DNA of 64,000 nucleotides, taken from positions 186,001 to 250,000 of IMG/VR virus record IMGVR_UViG_3300005965_000002; one strand, 5' to 3'. Under the pieces are notes generated by a model, which saw only the letters and a list, made by a program, of their open reading frames with translations, made no database searches and was not told the DNA's origin. How positions within the stretch are numbered: the stretch's first letter is position 1; each line of letters starts with the position of its first letter. The translations under genes were made by a program, and so were the position numbers. Below are positions 20,668 through 30,289 of this stretch, piece by piece.

Positions 20668-23600
20668 ATGGCCACAAACCTCGGTGATGATGTTTTTAGC
20701 GTATATGACGGACTTTCTTATGCCTATGATAAGGTATTCTTCCAACCCGGAAAGCCTCCTCTTGCTGCAGAGCTTAATGATGCCCAGCAGTTTGTTGAAC
20801 TACTTTCACAAAAGAGCACGGGGCACTTACCCTCTGGGTGGTTAACCAGTAGGTCTCACTATACTTCTTCTGAATTAGTGAATAAGTTTTACACTCAGAA
20901 CCCAAAAGGAGCCAAACCAGAGGTAGCTTTGGTAAACGGTTGGCCAATCTATGTAACCAACACGGATACTGAACTAAAGCACGTAAACTCTATAGATTTT
21001 AATGATTTTGAGTTACGCTCAGGTACGCGAGTAGACGGAGTTTTCCTTGAAGTATGGAGAAAGAAAATAGCTCCTAATAGAGATGATATGGATGCTTCGT
21101 CAGCTAAGCCTCAGCCCATACGTATCACCAACGATATTAATAGTGTTGATATGCTTGATAACAATATTGGATGGGCTGTCGGGGATAATGGAGTCATTTT
21201 AAAGACTACAGATGGCGGTAACAATTGGGTTTCTAAAGAGGCTCCTGTTTCTGTAAGTTGGAAGGCTGTCAAATTTCTAAACAGCTCTATTGGGTTTGCC
21301 GTGGGTTCTGGCGGATACATCATTAAGAGCTTAAACGGCGGACAAACCTGGTTTACGGTAGATACCGACATAAACGATACGTTGAACGATATAGTGATTT
21401 TAGATTCTAAAAATGTGGTGGCAGTTGGTAATAACGGCACGGTTCTATTAGCATCCGATGGTTTAACTTTTAATGTGATTACTCAGACTTCAGGGGTCAC
21501 GGAAGATTTTAACGGTGTATTTTTCTTTGATACATCTGTGGGGTGGGTCGTAGGAAATAATGGCACACTTCTTATTTCTTTAGATGGCGGTAGATCCTGG
21601 ACTAAACAAACCATTACTGATTCAGATACAAATGCTAAGATTGAGAAAAATCTAAATTCTGTTGGTTTTTATAATTTAAATGATGGGATTATAGTAGGTG
21701 ATGATGGCCTAATCCTAAAGAGCACAGATGGTGGGTATAACTGGGCTAACGTGAGCGGCAGAATATGGACAGGATCCGAATATAAGTCCCTAGTTCAGAT
21801 AGACCCACGAAAAGAGAACCATCTAAATAAAGTGTTTATTAGCAGAAACTTTCCGTTAAATTTTACCATTTCAGTTTATTCTTCATCTAAGAATTTTTTC
21901 ACTGGTGCCACATATAAGATATCTCCTGCAAGTAGTCCGAATTCGTTAGTGCTTGAGTGGAGAGGTGTGCAGGACGGAAAGTCTTACTCAAAGGTATTAG
22001 ACCTTGAGGTATACGCATCATCAGAAGAACTGAGAGATGCTATCAATAATATAACAAGTCCTTATTTAGCATCAGATGTGGGTTTACCCTATGACGATAG
22101 AAGAAAAACAAGAGTTTTCGAGTCTATCGTAAACTTCGCCCCCATTGCTTCTCCGTCAAATATTAACCCTATATCTGGAACGATACCTTCCAGGACAACT
22201 ACTAATATCAACTTTTCTATTGAGGATAGAGCATGGATAGCCGGTAATGACGGCACCGTACTGACCACGGTTAATAGCGGTTCTAGGTGGCAAATATCAG
22301 ATACCGGTAAGGGTATAGACTTTTATGGTATAGAATTCATAGACGAGAATTTAGGTTGGGTGGTAGGTGCCGAGGGTTTTATCCTAAAGTATGACCCGGA
22401 AAACCAGACTAACAATTATGAAGAGCAGACTACGGATTTAAGTGTGGAGACTACAGAGAGAATATATCCGGAGGGAAATATCTTATCAGACGCCGAAGAT
22501 TTCCTTGAGGATTTAATGGTCGATCCTAATGTGGGTGTTGAAACCTCCAGGAGAGTCCAAATTCAGTACCGTATTCGGATAGTGGATGGAGTGGATCCTT
22601 TTAATTATCCTGAGGCAGGGTTAGGTGCTCAGTACGTATACAGCCAAGGGCCTAACAATAATGCATCGGATGCGGGTAGCTACACGTTTAAGAATATGGG
22701 CAGTGAGAATGGAGACTACGGGCTTTGGAGAGCTCGGTGCAGGAACACCTTTGATGGGTTTACTTGGGCTGTCCCAATGTTTTTTGTGTCAAGAAGGAAT
22801 TCGTCCCCTTTTAATATAGAGTCTAATATTAATGGTTCTACCTATTTTGAATTAGGAGCTGTCCGCCCGGATGGTCTAACATATGAAGAGATTGTAGATA
22901 CTGATATTGTAGATCTTAGAAGAAAGTTAAATATCAATTCCTATAGTCATTTGCTTGAGCAAAATTTGGACTCTCTGCTAAGCAATAATCTTAGGACAAA
23001 GCTCGATAATAGAGATAACCGTGGTACTCAATTTAGCACAAGTATAATGGGGGTTGACTCTTATGAGGGAATTTCTTCCATTGGAAATTTAGCTACAGGA
23101 GGAGTTTCTTCAACAGCGGTTGTTCGAGAAGATGTTAAGCAATTGAATCCTACAATAGCATTGACCGAAACAGAGCTCACTTTTGGACCCCGCGAAAAGG
23201 CTCTGTATCATAACGACTTGGCTTTTTATAGCGCTGTCGTCGTACGTGATGGTGAAGTTACTACTGAGCCTGTGGAAGGTACCTGGGAGGGTTTGGGTAC
23301 AAATACGGTAACTTTTGTTTTGAGTGATGCTAATGTTGCAGAAAACAACATCGAATATAGATTTACAGCCAGCTACATAGACTACTCAGGTACAGGTTTA
23401 TCCAAGGTCCCCCACAAGCCTTTAGGTATTCTCTACGTACCGGATGCCACGGGCAACTCCAGATTTTATCGAGGTATAAATACTCGTGACGTGTCCCAGA
23501 CCATTGAGACTTTAGCGGAAAGAGTAACCGGGTATCCTGATTATACCGTGGCCTATTCCGGTAGGACCATTTTGGATAATAAAGAATCCAGAGATCTGTA

Positions 23601-25143
23601 TAAGTTAGCCGTAACCTCGGATGAGGGTAGTACTTCTTATAACAGATCAGTACGTACCTTTAAAGGACAACAATTTAGAGGGTCATTGGTAGAATACCAT
23701 TATTTCTATCGGACAAGTGCTCCCACCAGAACTTTGGAAATACCGAAAAACGTAAACAATTATAGTGTGTTTTCTGTTCGTCAGGTAAAAGGAGTAAATG
23801 GATCCCTTTATAAGATTTCTAATAGTTATGCTAAGGGGGAAACACTTAGAGACTGGAAAATTAATGATCTGAATCAGTCGGTGAATAGCAATATTATTAT
23901 TTATCTTGATGAGTCATTCACTATACCTGCTGATACTGTGGTAGAAGTGATAATGGAAGTTAATACGGCACCATCCTCTTTATACTCTGATTTAGGTATC
24001 ACAGTTACCAATGAGGGTGATAATCAGGGAAGTTTACGTGCTCCGTATATCGCAAACTATAATGTAGGATCAAAAGGCATAGGCGGACTATACAGCTCCA
24101 TCCTATTTCCAGTTTTTATCAATGATCAGCAGAATTATATAGAGGTCGATTTAAATAATCAAAAAAAAATAAATCAAGATGAGCCCTATACGGGGTTTCC
24201 GGCTTTTTCTGGTATGGGAGAATTAGAAGATGGGTCAATTCTTGGTGTAAGCACAATTCAAACCGATGACAGCAACCATCAGCTCTATGTTTGGTACCAG
24301 GAGAATACCGGAAAAAAACAATTTTCTGCTTTACCCATTTCAAGCATTACAGGTACAACGGACGACCCGGATAATACCGGACTAGGAACATCAATAATCA
24401 GGCTGAATATAGACCCTAGAGTTACCCTCAGCCAGAAGCTGGTGTACGTGCCTATGCTCGTTAAGCAGACTACTCTACCTAATTTAGGAGATACTAGCGT
24501 AGCATACGCTACATATTATTACAGGCCCTATCAAACATTGAATACATTACCGGAGTCACTATCTGTAGAAATAATGAAGTCTTTTGAGAATGTTTACGTA
24601 TCTAACCTCGGAACTGGCGGTACTCCAATAATTAGAGGGGAGCCGTACCAGAACCCTATTGAGCATATTCCTGTGAATGACCCTGGATTTCTGAATGAGA
24701 ACATATTTTCAAATGTTGATGATTTAGATTTTATTAATTATAGTATTGATTCAGGGTTTGTTAAACTGCCCGCTATAATCTCCAGGACATTGGGAAAAAC
24801 AATTACTCTATCAAATCCTAATAATGTGGGGGATAGCCTGGGTAGGGCTTTCTACTCAGAGTGCTCCGAAAATTTCAGGGTACAGGCTGAGGATTTAACT
24901 ATTGCTACTCCAAGAAAAGTTTTTATACCAATGATCGCCAGAATAAGGTCAGCCGTAACAGAGCCTTTTGTTAGGGGAGAGCTGGTGCTGTTGGTAGTCT
25001 CAAAGGTGTATAAAGCTAGAATCGAAAACTCTACTGGTTTTTATGAGGACGAGAATGAGGAATACCAGCCCGGTTACATAGAGGAAGCTGATACTGCAGT
25101 AGGTGTATACCGCCTGGCAAATAAACCCATTGTTCGGATGTAA
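20668..25143 (+). CDS. Baseplate/fibre protein (DUF4815-like N-terminus) with an inserted 7-bladed YCF48/BNR-type beta-propeller
   Basis: N-terminal VFFQPGKPPLAAELNDAQ. Seven W/F-x-VG-x-x-G-x-I-x-x-[TS]-x-[DN]GG-x-x-W-type blades at ~21133-22400. Paralogous to 50642..54211. Confidence 0.75.
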   Translation: MATNLGDDVFSVYDGLSYAYDKVFFQPGKPPLAAELNDAQQFVELLSQKSTGHLPSGWLTSRSHYTSSELVNKFYTQNPKGAKPEVALVNGWPIYVTNTDTELKHVNSIDFNDFELRSGTRVDGVFLEVWRKKIAPNRDDMDASSAKPQPIRITNDINSVDMLDNNIGWAVGDNGVILKTTDGGNNWVSKEAPVSVSWKAVKFLNSSIGFAVGSGGYIIKSLNGGQTWFTVDTDINDTLNDIVILDSKNVVAVGNNGTVLLASDGLTFNVITQTSGVTEDFNGVFFFDTSVGWVVGNNGTLLISLDGGRSWTKQTITDSDTNAKIEKNLNSVGFYNLNDGIIVGDDGLILKSTDGGYNWANVSGRIWTGSEYKSLVQIDPRKENHLNKVFISRNFPLNFTISVYSSSKNFFTGATYKISPASSPNSLVLEWRGVQDGKSYSKVLDLEVYASSEELRDAINNITSPYLASDVGLPYDDRRKTRVFESIVNFAPIASPSNINPISGTIPSRTTTNINFSIEDRAWIAGNDGTVLTTVNSGSRWQISDTGKGIDFYGIEFIDENLGWVVGAEGFILKYDPENQTNNYEEQTTDLSVETTERIYPEGNILSDAEDFLEDLMVDPNVGVETSRRVQIQYRIRIVDGVDPFNYPEAGLGAQYVYSQGPNNNASDAGSYTFKNMGSENGDYGLWRARCRNTFDGFTWAVPMFFVSRRNSSPFNIESNINGSTYFELGAVRPDGLTYEEIVDTDIVDLRRKLNINSYSHLLEQNLDSLLSNNLRTKLDNRDNRGTQFSTSIMGVDSYEGISSIGNLATGGVSSTAVVREDVKQLNPTIALTETELTFGPREKALYHNDLAFYSAVVVRDGEVTTEPVEGTWEGLGTNTVTFVLSDANVAENNIEYRFTASYIDYSGTGLSKVPHKPLGILYVPDATGNSRFYRGINTRDVSQTIETLAERVTGYPDYTVAYSGRTILDNKESRDLYKLAVTSDEGSTSYNRSVRTFKGQQFRGSLVEYHYFYRTSAPTRTLEIPKNVNNYSVFSVRQVKGVNGSLYKISNSYAKGETLRDWKINDLNQSVNSNIIIYLDESFTIPADTVVEVIMEVNTAPSSLYSDLGITVTNEGDNQGSLRAPYIANYNVGSKGIGGLYSSILFPVFINDQQNYIEVDLNNQKKINQDEPYTGFPAFSGMGELEDGSILGVSTIQTDDSNHQLYVWYQENTGKKQFSALPISSITGTTDDPDNTGLGTSIIRLNIDPRVTLSQKLVYVPMLVKQTTLPNLGDTSVAYATYYYRPYQTLNTLPESLSVEIMKSFENVYVSNLGTGGTPIIRGEPYQNPIEHIPVNDPGFLNENIFSNVDDLDFINYSIDSGFVKLPAIISRTLGKTITLSNPNNVGDSLGRAFYSECSENFRVQAEDLTIATPRKVFIPMIARIRSAVTEPFVRGELVLLVVSKVYKARIENSTGFYEDENEEYQPGYIEEADTAVGVYRLANKPIVRM

Positions 25144-25146
25144 TAC

Positions 25147-26223
25147 ATGGAAATTCGTTTAGGAAAAAACAATGTCATTAGAAGAGTTAAGGATGGACAA
25201 GGCAATACTAAGTACATCGTTAACTTAGGTACTATCATATATAACAATGTATTTAAGACATTAGATAACCTTGAAATTCCTATTTTTAATGAATCCATAT
25301 TTAGATTGCCTGATGATGCCAATAAGTACGCTGCTGTAAACGCTTACTATAATGTAGAGCAAGGCAGGTTCATATTTAAGACAGTCAAGAAGTCTATCTC
25401 AAATATCGGCTCTGTTAAGTCTGATGTAGTATATAATTCACTTCCTATCTGCCAGTTCATTTTAAGGCAAGTAGACCCTACTTTTGAAGTTATTCAAGTC
25501 TATGAGTATTCACAAGCTGCTACTTTTAGTATCTCAGATTCTCTAGAAAAAGGAGAAAAGGGGCTGCAGGGTCCTTTAGGGCAGACAGGAGCTCAAGGAG
25601 AAACAGGAGCTTTAGGCATAACAGGAGCTTTAGGAGAAATAGGATATACGGGTATACAAGGACCTACAGGCGTAGGTGAGACAGGGTATCACGGCCCGCA
25701 AGGAGAAACAGGGTGGTATCCCGATCTTGATTTAACTTTTCACTTAAAATTTAAGAGTGCAGATACGGTGCAGGTCGATTACTCCGTTTATGAAAAAGAT
25801 TTTCAATGGATTTCTAGTGGTGCCTCCTATTTTTCTACAGAGACAGGAATAATTGATAATGCCCATTTTGCTCAGTACGTCGGTGGGACTTCTAGATATT
25901 TAAGAAATGAATACATTGGTATCGGTAAGTCAGGTATAGGTTCAACCGGTTCTTTTTCTATGTGGTTCCGTCTTGACGTTCCGCCAATTCCTTCTTTTAC
26001 GTATAGCATAGATTCACAAGTATCTACGAAGGTACGGTTTCAGGATACTTCTGAGAATTATCCGTCGAACTGGTTCTGGGAATTTGGTGGAATAAATAAG
26101 ACCAGCACCGGTACAGATATCCCTGTCATTGATTTTGAATCCTCAGGATCATATGAGGTTTCATTGACGGCTACTAACAATTATGGATCTAATAAAGTTA
26201 CTCAAATTGTAGTGGTTCCATAA
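25147..26223 (+). CDS. Collagen-like protein 1: shared N-terminal domain + Gly-X-Y repeat + N-terminal half of a LamG-like domain + PKD domain
   Basis: GEKGLQGPLGQTGAQGETGALGITGALGEIGYTGIQGPTG..., then DLTFHLKF...DYS...GSFSMWFRLD, then PSFTYS...FQDTS...WFWEFG...GSYEVSLTATN. Confidence 0.75.
   Translation: MEIRLGKNNVIRRVKDGQGNTKYIVNLGTIIYNNVFKTLDNLEIPIFNESIFRLPDDANKYAAVNAYYNVEQGRFIFKTVKKSISNIGSVKSDVVYNSLPICQFILRQVDPTFEVIQVYEYSQAATFSISDSLEKGEKGLQGPLGQTGAQGETGALGITGALGEIGYTGIQGPTGVGETGYHGPQGETGWYPDLDLTFHLKFKSADTVQVDYSVYEKDFQWISSGASYFSTETGIIDNAHFAQYVGGTSRYLRNEYIGIGKSGIGSTGSFSMWFRLDVPPIPSFTYSIDSQVSTKVRFQDTSENYPSNWFWEFGGINKTSTGTDIPVIDFESSGSYEVSLTATNNYGSNKVTQIVVVP
25552..25719 (+). repeat. Collagen-like Gly-X-Y repeat (13 triplets, a GV interruption, then 5 more)
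   Basis: Read directly from the translation. Thr occupies the Y position in 7 triplets. Confidence 0.9.
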
Positions 26224-26744
26224 TGGATAGAATATTAGCAATGATTCCGTTAAAAGATGGGCACGCCTTTAAGTCTGAGGTTTTAAGGGGCTTGTGCAAG
26301 CAAACAGTGCCTGTTGATATAATGGCTGTTTCTAGACCTAAAAGCGAAAGGCATCGTAATATTCCTGCGGGATATATATCGATGTCAGAATGTAGAAATA
26401 TAGCAAAAGAAGAGGGTTTGGAGCAATACAATTCTGAATATTTTCTTTTGCTCAATAGAGACGTGGTATTAAAAAGAGACACAGATATTGAGGATATGAT
26501 AAATTTTCTTCAGTTTAATAGAGATTTTGGAGCTGTAGCTATAAATACTAGAAAAAAAGAAATCCGATTATTGGTTGATAATACTCATACAGATATAGCA
26601 TGCATGGTAATAAGAAGAAGTATATTGGAGAAGATTACTTTTCATAATGAAAAACATTGTAATTGCAGATGCGTGTGTGGCTATATAAGATCTAACGGTT
26701 TGAGTGTGGGCTACATAGACCATAGAAAATGTCCGGAGATTTAA
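26223..26744 (+). CDS. Minimal GT-A fold (GT2-like) glycosyltransferase
   Basis: Ordered GT2 landmarks: ILAMIP, LRGLCKQT, SECRNIA, EYFLLLNRDVVL (DxD position reads N-R-D), FGAVA, DIACMVIRRSILEKITF. Coupled to both neighbours (TAATG and TAA-ATG). Confidence 0.65.
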   Translation: MDRILAMIPLKDGHAFKSEVLRGLCKQTVPVDIMAVSRPKSERHRNIPAGYISMSECRNIAKEEGLEQYNSEYFLLLNRDVVLKRDTDIEDMINFLQFNRDFGAVAINTRKKEIRLLVDNTHTDIACMVIRRSILEKITFHNEKHCNCRCVCGYIRSNGLSVGYIDHRKCPEI

Positions 26745-29700
26745 ATGCTAGATTCTGTTTATTTTGTAGACCTATCAGCTACGGGTACTAGCCACGCAGG
26801 TACACCAAAAGATCCTTTTTCTTATGAGGATTTTTCTAATATTGTTGGGCCTTCAACTGATGATGAGCTTTTCTATTTTAAGGGCCAATATACTATTACA
26901 TCTGCATCACCAGCATTTAATACGGGTGGCGGTAATAAAAGAATAATAGCATGGGACTTAGAAGAGTTTGGTCCTTGGAGATTAAAGGTAGAAGACTTTT
27001 CTAAATTTTCATTAGGATCTACTTTTATCATAGAAGATGGTATCCTTTTAATAGATGACACAGGGGATATATCTTTTGACTTATTTCAACTAGAAAACGT
27101 CTATTTATATAGAAAAACATCTACAATTACAGACAAATTTATATTGGGAGGCTCGGCTGCTTCTAATATCTATATGTCCACAGTACAGATAGATGGAATT
27201 TTAGAGTACGACACCGGATCCATAACTACTAGTTGTCTTAAGGTAGAGAACGGTATATCAATTCCTTCTACAGCATCCACCGCAGCACTAACCTATTCTA
27301 CTTACAACGGAGATTCTACTGCAGTTACTCCTGATCCTGGATTCTCAGGGTATTTTAACTTTGCGAACAACCAGGATTTATTTGATTTTACGGGAATTAC
27401 GGACATAAATGATGACCCGCAGTTCCCTTCCGGGATTACTGTATCCGACCCTTTTAATGACCCCATTACCTTCTTTTTTGACGGTAATCCCAAAGTTAGA
27501 TCCCAGGGTGCCTTTTATAGCAATGGGGCTAATCCAATAGTTTATGTAGATTTGAATAGTGGTGTCCCCGCTGGTAGTGGGACTTCCGGATCCCCCTATA
27601 ATTTTACTCAATTTTATTCTGACCTGGATACCCGGTCATATGACACGGGTACGATTATTAAGCTTAAAGGGATGGCACAAACTACTAATTATATTTCTAT
27701 AGGCCAAAGATCGTTTGAGGGACATCTACTATTAGAAAGGTGGGAGAGTAGTATCCCCTGGGGAATTCATACTACGGATGGTATATCAAATAGAGGTATA
27801 TCAAGAGGCGGAATATTTAAAACTGATGCCGATTTTATTAATACATTGGATTTGTCGAATACCTACTTAGAGGCAAATAGAGTAATACTGTATTCTACTG
27901 ATAGAGGTGCTAAGATTAAAGGATCTACAGTGATAAGTTCTGGCACCCCAACAAGGATAGGTGACTGCTACACTCCCGAGATATACCTATTTGTCGATTC
28001 TAATTACATAGATTCCGGGGTAGCGGATGTCGGGTCAGATGTTTTTGTGTGGTATTTTGGGTTGTCCACAGCGTTTAGCCAAGCCTCTAATTCCGAATCT
28101 GACTTTTTTGATCCTTCTGAGGGTATTATTAAGACCTTTCAATTAGATGATTGCGTTTTTGGTGTCACTCCCTCAGTGGTTTCTTTTTCTACTACTTTCG
28201 ATGAAAATAATTACTTATACCCTTCCGATATATATAATAGCATCACTACTACCTCTTCAGATTATAGCACGAAATCAGGTTACTCTACTGGTATCTCAGG
28301 CAATCCCAGATACGGGGTGGGTGCCTACTATTTTCCGGAGGTGGTAGCTTCCTTTACAGCGTCCCCTACTTCAGGCGGTATACCGTTAGAAGTGAATTTT
28401 AATAATGACTCTACAGGTATTATAACTGAATACTCATGGGATTTTGGAGATGGTACTACTTCTACAGAAGAAAACCCTGTAAAGACTTATACCAGTGCGG
28501 GTACTTATACGGTTACGTTGACAGTTACTGGGTTAGAAGGGATTACTGATACTTTTACTAGAACTGATTATATTATAGCAGTTGATTCACTCACAGCTGG
28601 GTTTTCAGGATCACCTTTATCTGGATCAGAGCCCCTCACTGTTAATTTTACGGATAGCTCAATCGGTGACATAAGTTATCGTATATGGAATTTTGGTGAT
28701 GGTACGGCTTTAGAAGATGTAACCGATCCATCTCATACTTATAGTAATCCAGGAACATATACCGTCTCTCTTACAGTGCGTGATGCAGATTCTAATGAAG
28801 ATACAGAAACTAAAACAGATTATGTAGAAGTATCCTCTGGACCTTTAACTGCTAATTTCACGGGTACCCCACAATCTGGAGAAAAACCACTTACTGTTAA
28901 TTTTACAGATAATTCTGCGGGCAGTATTACATACAGATTGTGGGATTTTGGAGATGGGAATACGCAAGAAAACGTTACTGACCCATCTCATACTTATAGC
29001 GACTCCGGCGTTTACACAGTTTCTTTAACTATTAGAGATGCATCTCTCAATCAAGATATAAAAACAAGAACCGAGTATATAACAGTTACAGAGCCGCCTC
29101 TAAATGCTGATTTTTCTGCTAGTCCTGTTTTTGGCACTGAGCCTTTATCAGTATCTTTTACAGATAGCTCTACAGGGGATATATCTTATAGGCTATGGAC
29201 CTTTGGTGACGGGACTTCTGAAGAAGATACCGTAAACCCCTCCCATACATATACCAGCCCTGGTTTATACACAGTCAGCCTGTTGGTGAGGGATCCTTCA
29301 TTAGAAGAAGATTTAGAGACAAAGGTTAACTACGTAACTGTAGGTGAAGATTTTATAGTAGCCGACAAGGTTTTGATGGAATCCAGTAATGCTTCTACAG
29401 GGGATTATTGGAAGATATACATAGATGACCAGAAAAGATTTGTTTTTGAGACCAATGTATATATATGGAGAACTGTAGATCCTCAAGCTGAGATTAAAAA
29501 ATGGACGTTTATCCAATTTTTACCGCATAAAGATACCATGTACGTTGGGAAATACAGCTCTGGTTGGAAAAAAGTAGATCTTGTTAAATTCATTAACGGG
29601 TCTCCGGATACTCCAACCAGCACCAGAACGTATGTCGTTCCGAATTCTACATTTAAGATAGACGACATTCAAATATGGGATAAAGAAGTAAACAAAAAAA

Positions 29701-29753
29701 CCCATTTTCAGCAAAATAGGGGTAAAGCGGGATTACTGGATAATCGATCCTAA
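26745..29753 (+). CDS. Adhesin-like protein: two beta-helix-like modules + 4 PKD domains + C-terminal half of a LamG-like domain
   Basis: WDLEEFGPWR module. Four F-x-G/A-x-P-x-x-G-x-x-PL-x-V-x-F-x-[ND]-x-S-x-G...WxFGDG...GxYTVxL repeats. Terminal WKIYID...KWTFI...YVG...KIDDIQIWDK. Confidence 0.75.
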   Translation: MLDSVYFVDLSATGTSHAGTPKDPFSYEDFSNIVGPSTDDELFYFKGQYTITSASPAFNTGGGNKRIIAWDLEEFGPWRLKVEDFSKFSLGSTFIIEDGILLIDDTGDISFDLFQLENVYLYRKTSTITDKFILGGSAASNIYMSTVQIDGILEYDTGSITTSCLKVENGISIPSTASTAALTYSTYNGDSTAVTPDPGFSGYFNFANNQDLFDFTGITDINDDPQFPSGITVSDPFNDPITFFFDGNPKVRSQGAFYSNGANPIVYVDLNSGVPAGSGTSGSPYNFTQFYSDLDTRSYDTGTIIKLKGMAQTTNYISIGQRSFEGHLLLERWESSIPWGIHTTDGISNRGISRGGIFKTDADFINTLDLSNTYLEANRVILYSTDRGAKIKGSTVISSGTPTRIGDCYTPEIYLFVDSNYIDSGVADVGSDVFVWYFGLSTAFSQASNSESDFFDPSEGIIKTFQLDDCVFGVTPSVVSFSTTFDENNYLYPSDIYNSITTTSSDYSTKSGYSTGISGNPRYGVGAYYFPEVVASFTASPTSGGIPLEVNFNNDSTGIITEYSWDFGDGTTSTEENPVKTYTSAGTYTVTLTVTGLEGITDTFTRTDYIIAVDSLTAGFSGSPLSGSEPLTVNFTDSSIGDISYRIWNFGDGTALEDVTDPSHTYSNPGTYTVSLTVRDADSNEDTETKTDYVEVSSGPLTANFTGTPQSGEKPLTVNFTDNSAGSITYRLWDFGDGNTQENVTDPSHTYSDSGVYTVSLTIRDASLNQDIKTRTEYITVTEPPLNADFSASPVFGTEPLSVSFTDSSTGDISYRLWTFGDGTSEEDTVNPSHTYTSPGLYTVSLLVRDPSLEEDLETKVNYVTVGEDFIVADKVLMESSNASTGDYWKIYIDDQKRFVFETNVYIWRTVDPQAEIKKWTFIQFLPHKDTMYVGKYSSGWKKVDLVKFINGSPDTPTSTRTYVVPNSTFKIDDIQIWDKEVNKKTHFQQNRGKAGLLDNRS
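28343..29342 (+). repeat. Four tandem PKD-domain repeats
   Basis: Four ~83-aa units with WDFGDG/WNFGDG/WTFGDG cores, similar at both protein and DNA level. Confidence 0.9.
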
Positions 29754-29760
29754 CATTAAA

Positions 29761-29775
29761 CCATGATCTATTAAT
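29761..29775 (+). promoter_or_regulatory. Candidate late-promoter motif CCATGATCTATTAAT
   Basis: Shares the ATCTATTAAT core with the other copies. Lies in the 64-nt gap before the 2xPKD gene. Confidence 0.5.
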
Positions 29776-29817
29776 ATTTTTCCCTTATCATTACATGCAG
29801 CGAATAGATGAGGGAAT

Positions 29818-30288
29818 ATGAGTTTAGATGCGGCTTTTACAGTAAATTCAAATGTAGGCGCGGCTCCTTTTAGTGTAACTTTTTCATCTACACTTTTAGA
29901 GGGCACAGCTTCTTCCTATTTGTGGGATTTTGGGGATGGCACCACTAGTACTCAAGCATCTCCTACACATACTTACAATAACTTAGGCTTATATACTGTT
30001 AAGCTTACAGTTTCTAATAGTAGTACTTCAGAGTCTATTACCCTCACAAAAAATAAGCATATAATTGTTGTAGCTGTAGATTTTGAAGCTATCCCTGTAC
30101 AGGGATATGCTCCGTTGTCGGTAAAATTCACCGACAAAAGCACAGCTCCTACGGGTTTTTCTATTGCTTCAAGATCCTGGAGCTTTGGAGATGGGTCTAG
30201 TGCGGTCACATCTCAAAACCCTGTCCATTCGTACTCGCAACCGGGTACATATGCTGTTGATCTACAGCTTACGGTAAAGAGGACATAA
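29818..30288 (+). CDS. Small protein of two PKD domains only
   Basis: AAFTVNSNVGAAPFSVTF...YLWDFGDG...GLYTVKLTV and VDFEAIPVQGYAPLSVKFTDKS...WSFGDG...GTYAVDL. Confidence 0.85.
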   Translation: MSLDAAFTVNSNVGAAPFSVTFSSTLLEGTASSYLWDFGDGTTSTQASPTHTYNNLGLYTVKLTVSNSSTSESITLTKNKHIIVVAVDFEAIPVQGYAPLSVKFTDKSTAPTGFSIASRSWSFGDGSSAVTSQNPVHSYSQPGTYAVDLQLTVKRT

Positions 30289-30289
30289 A

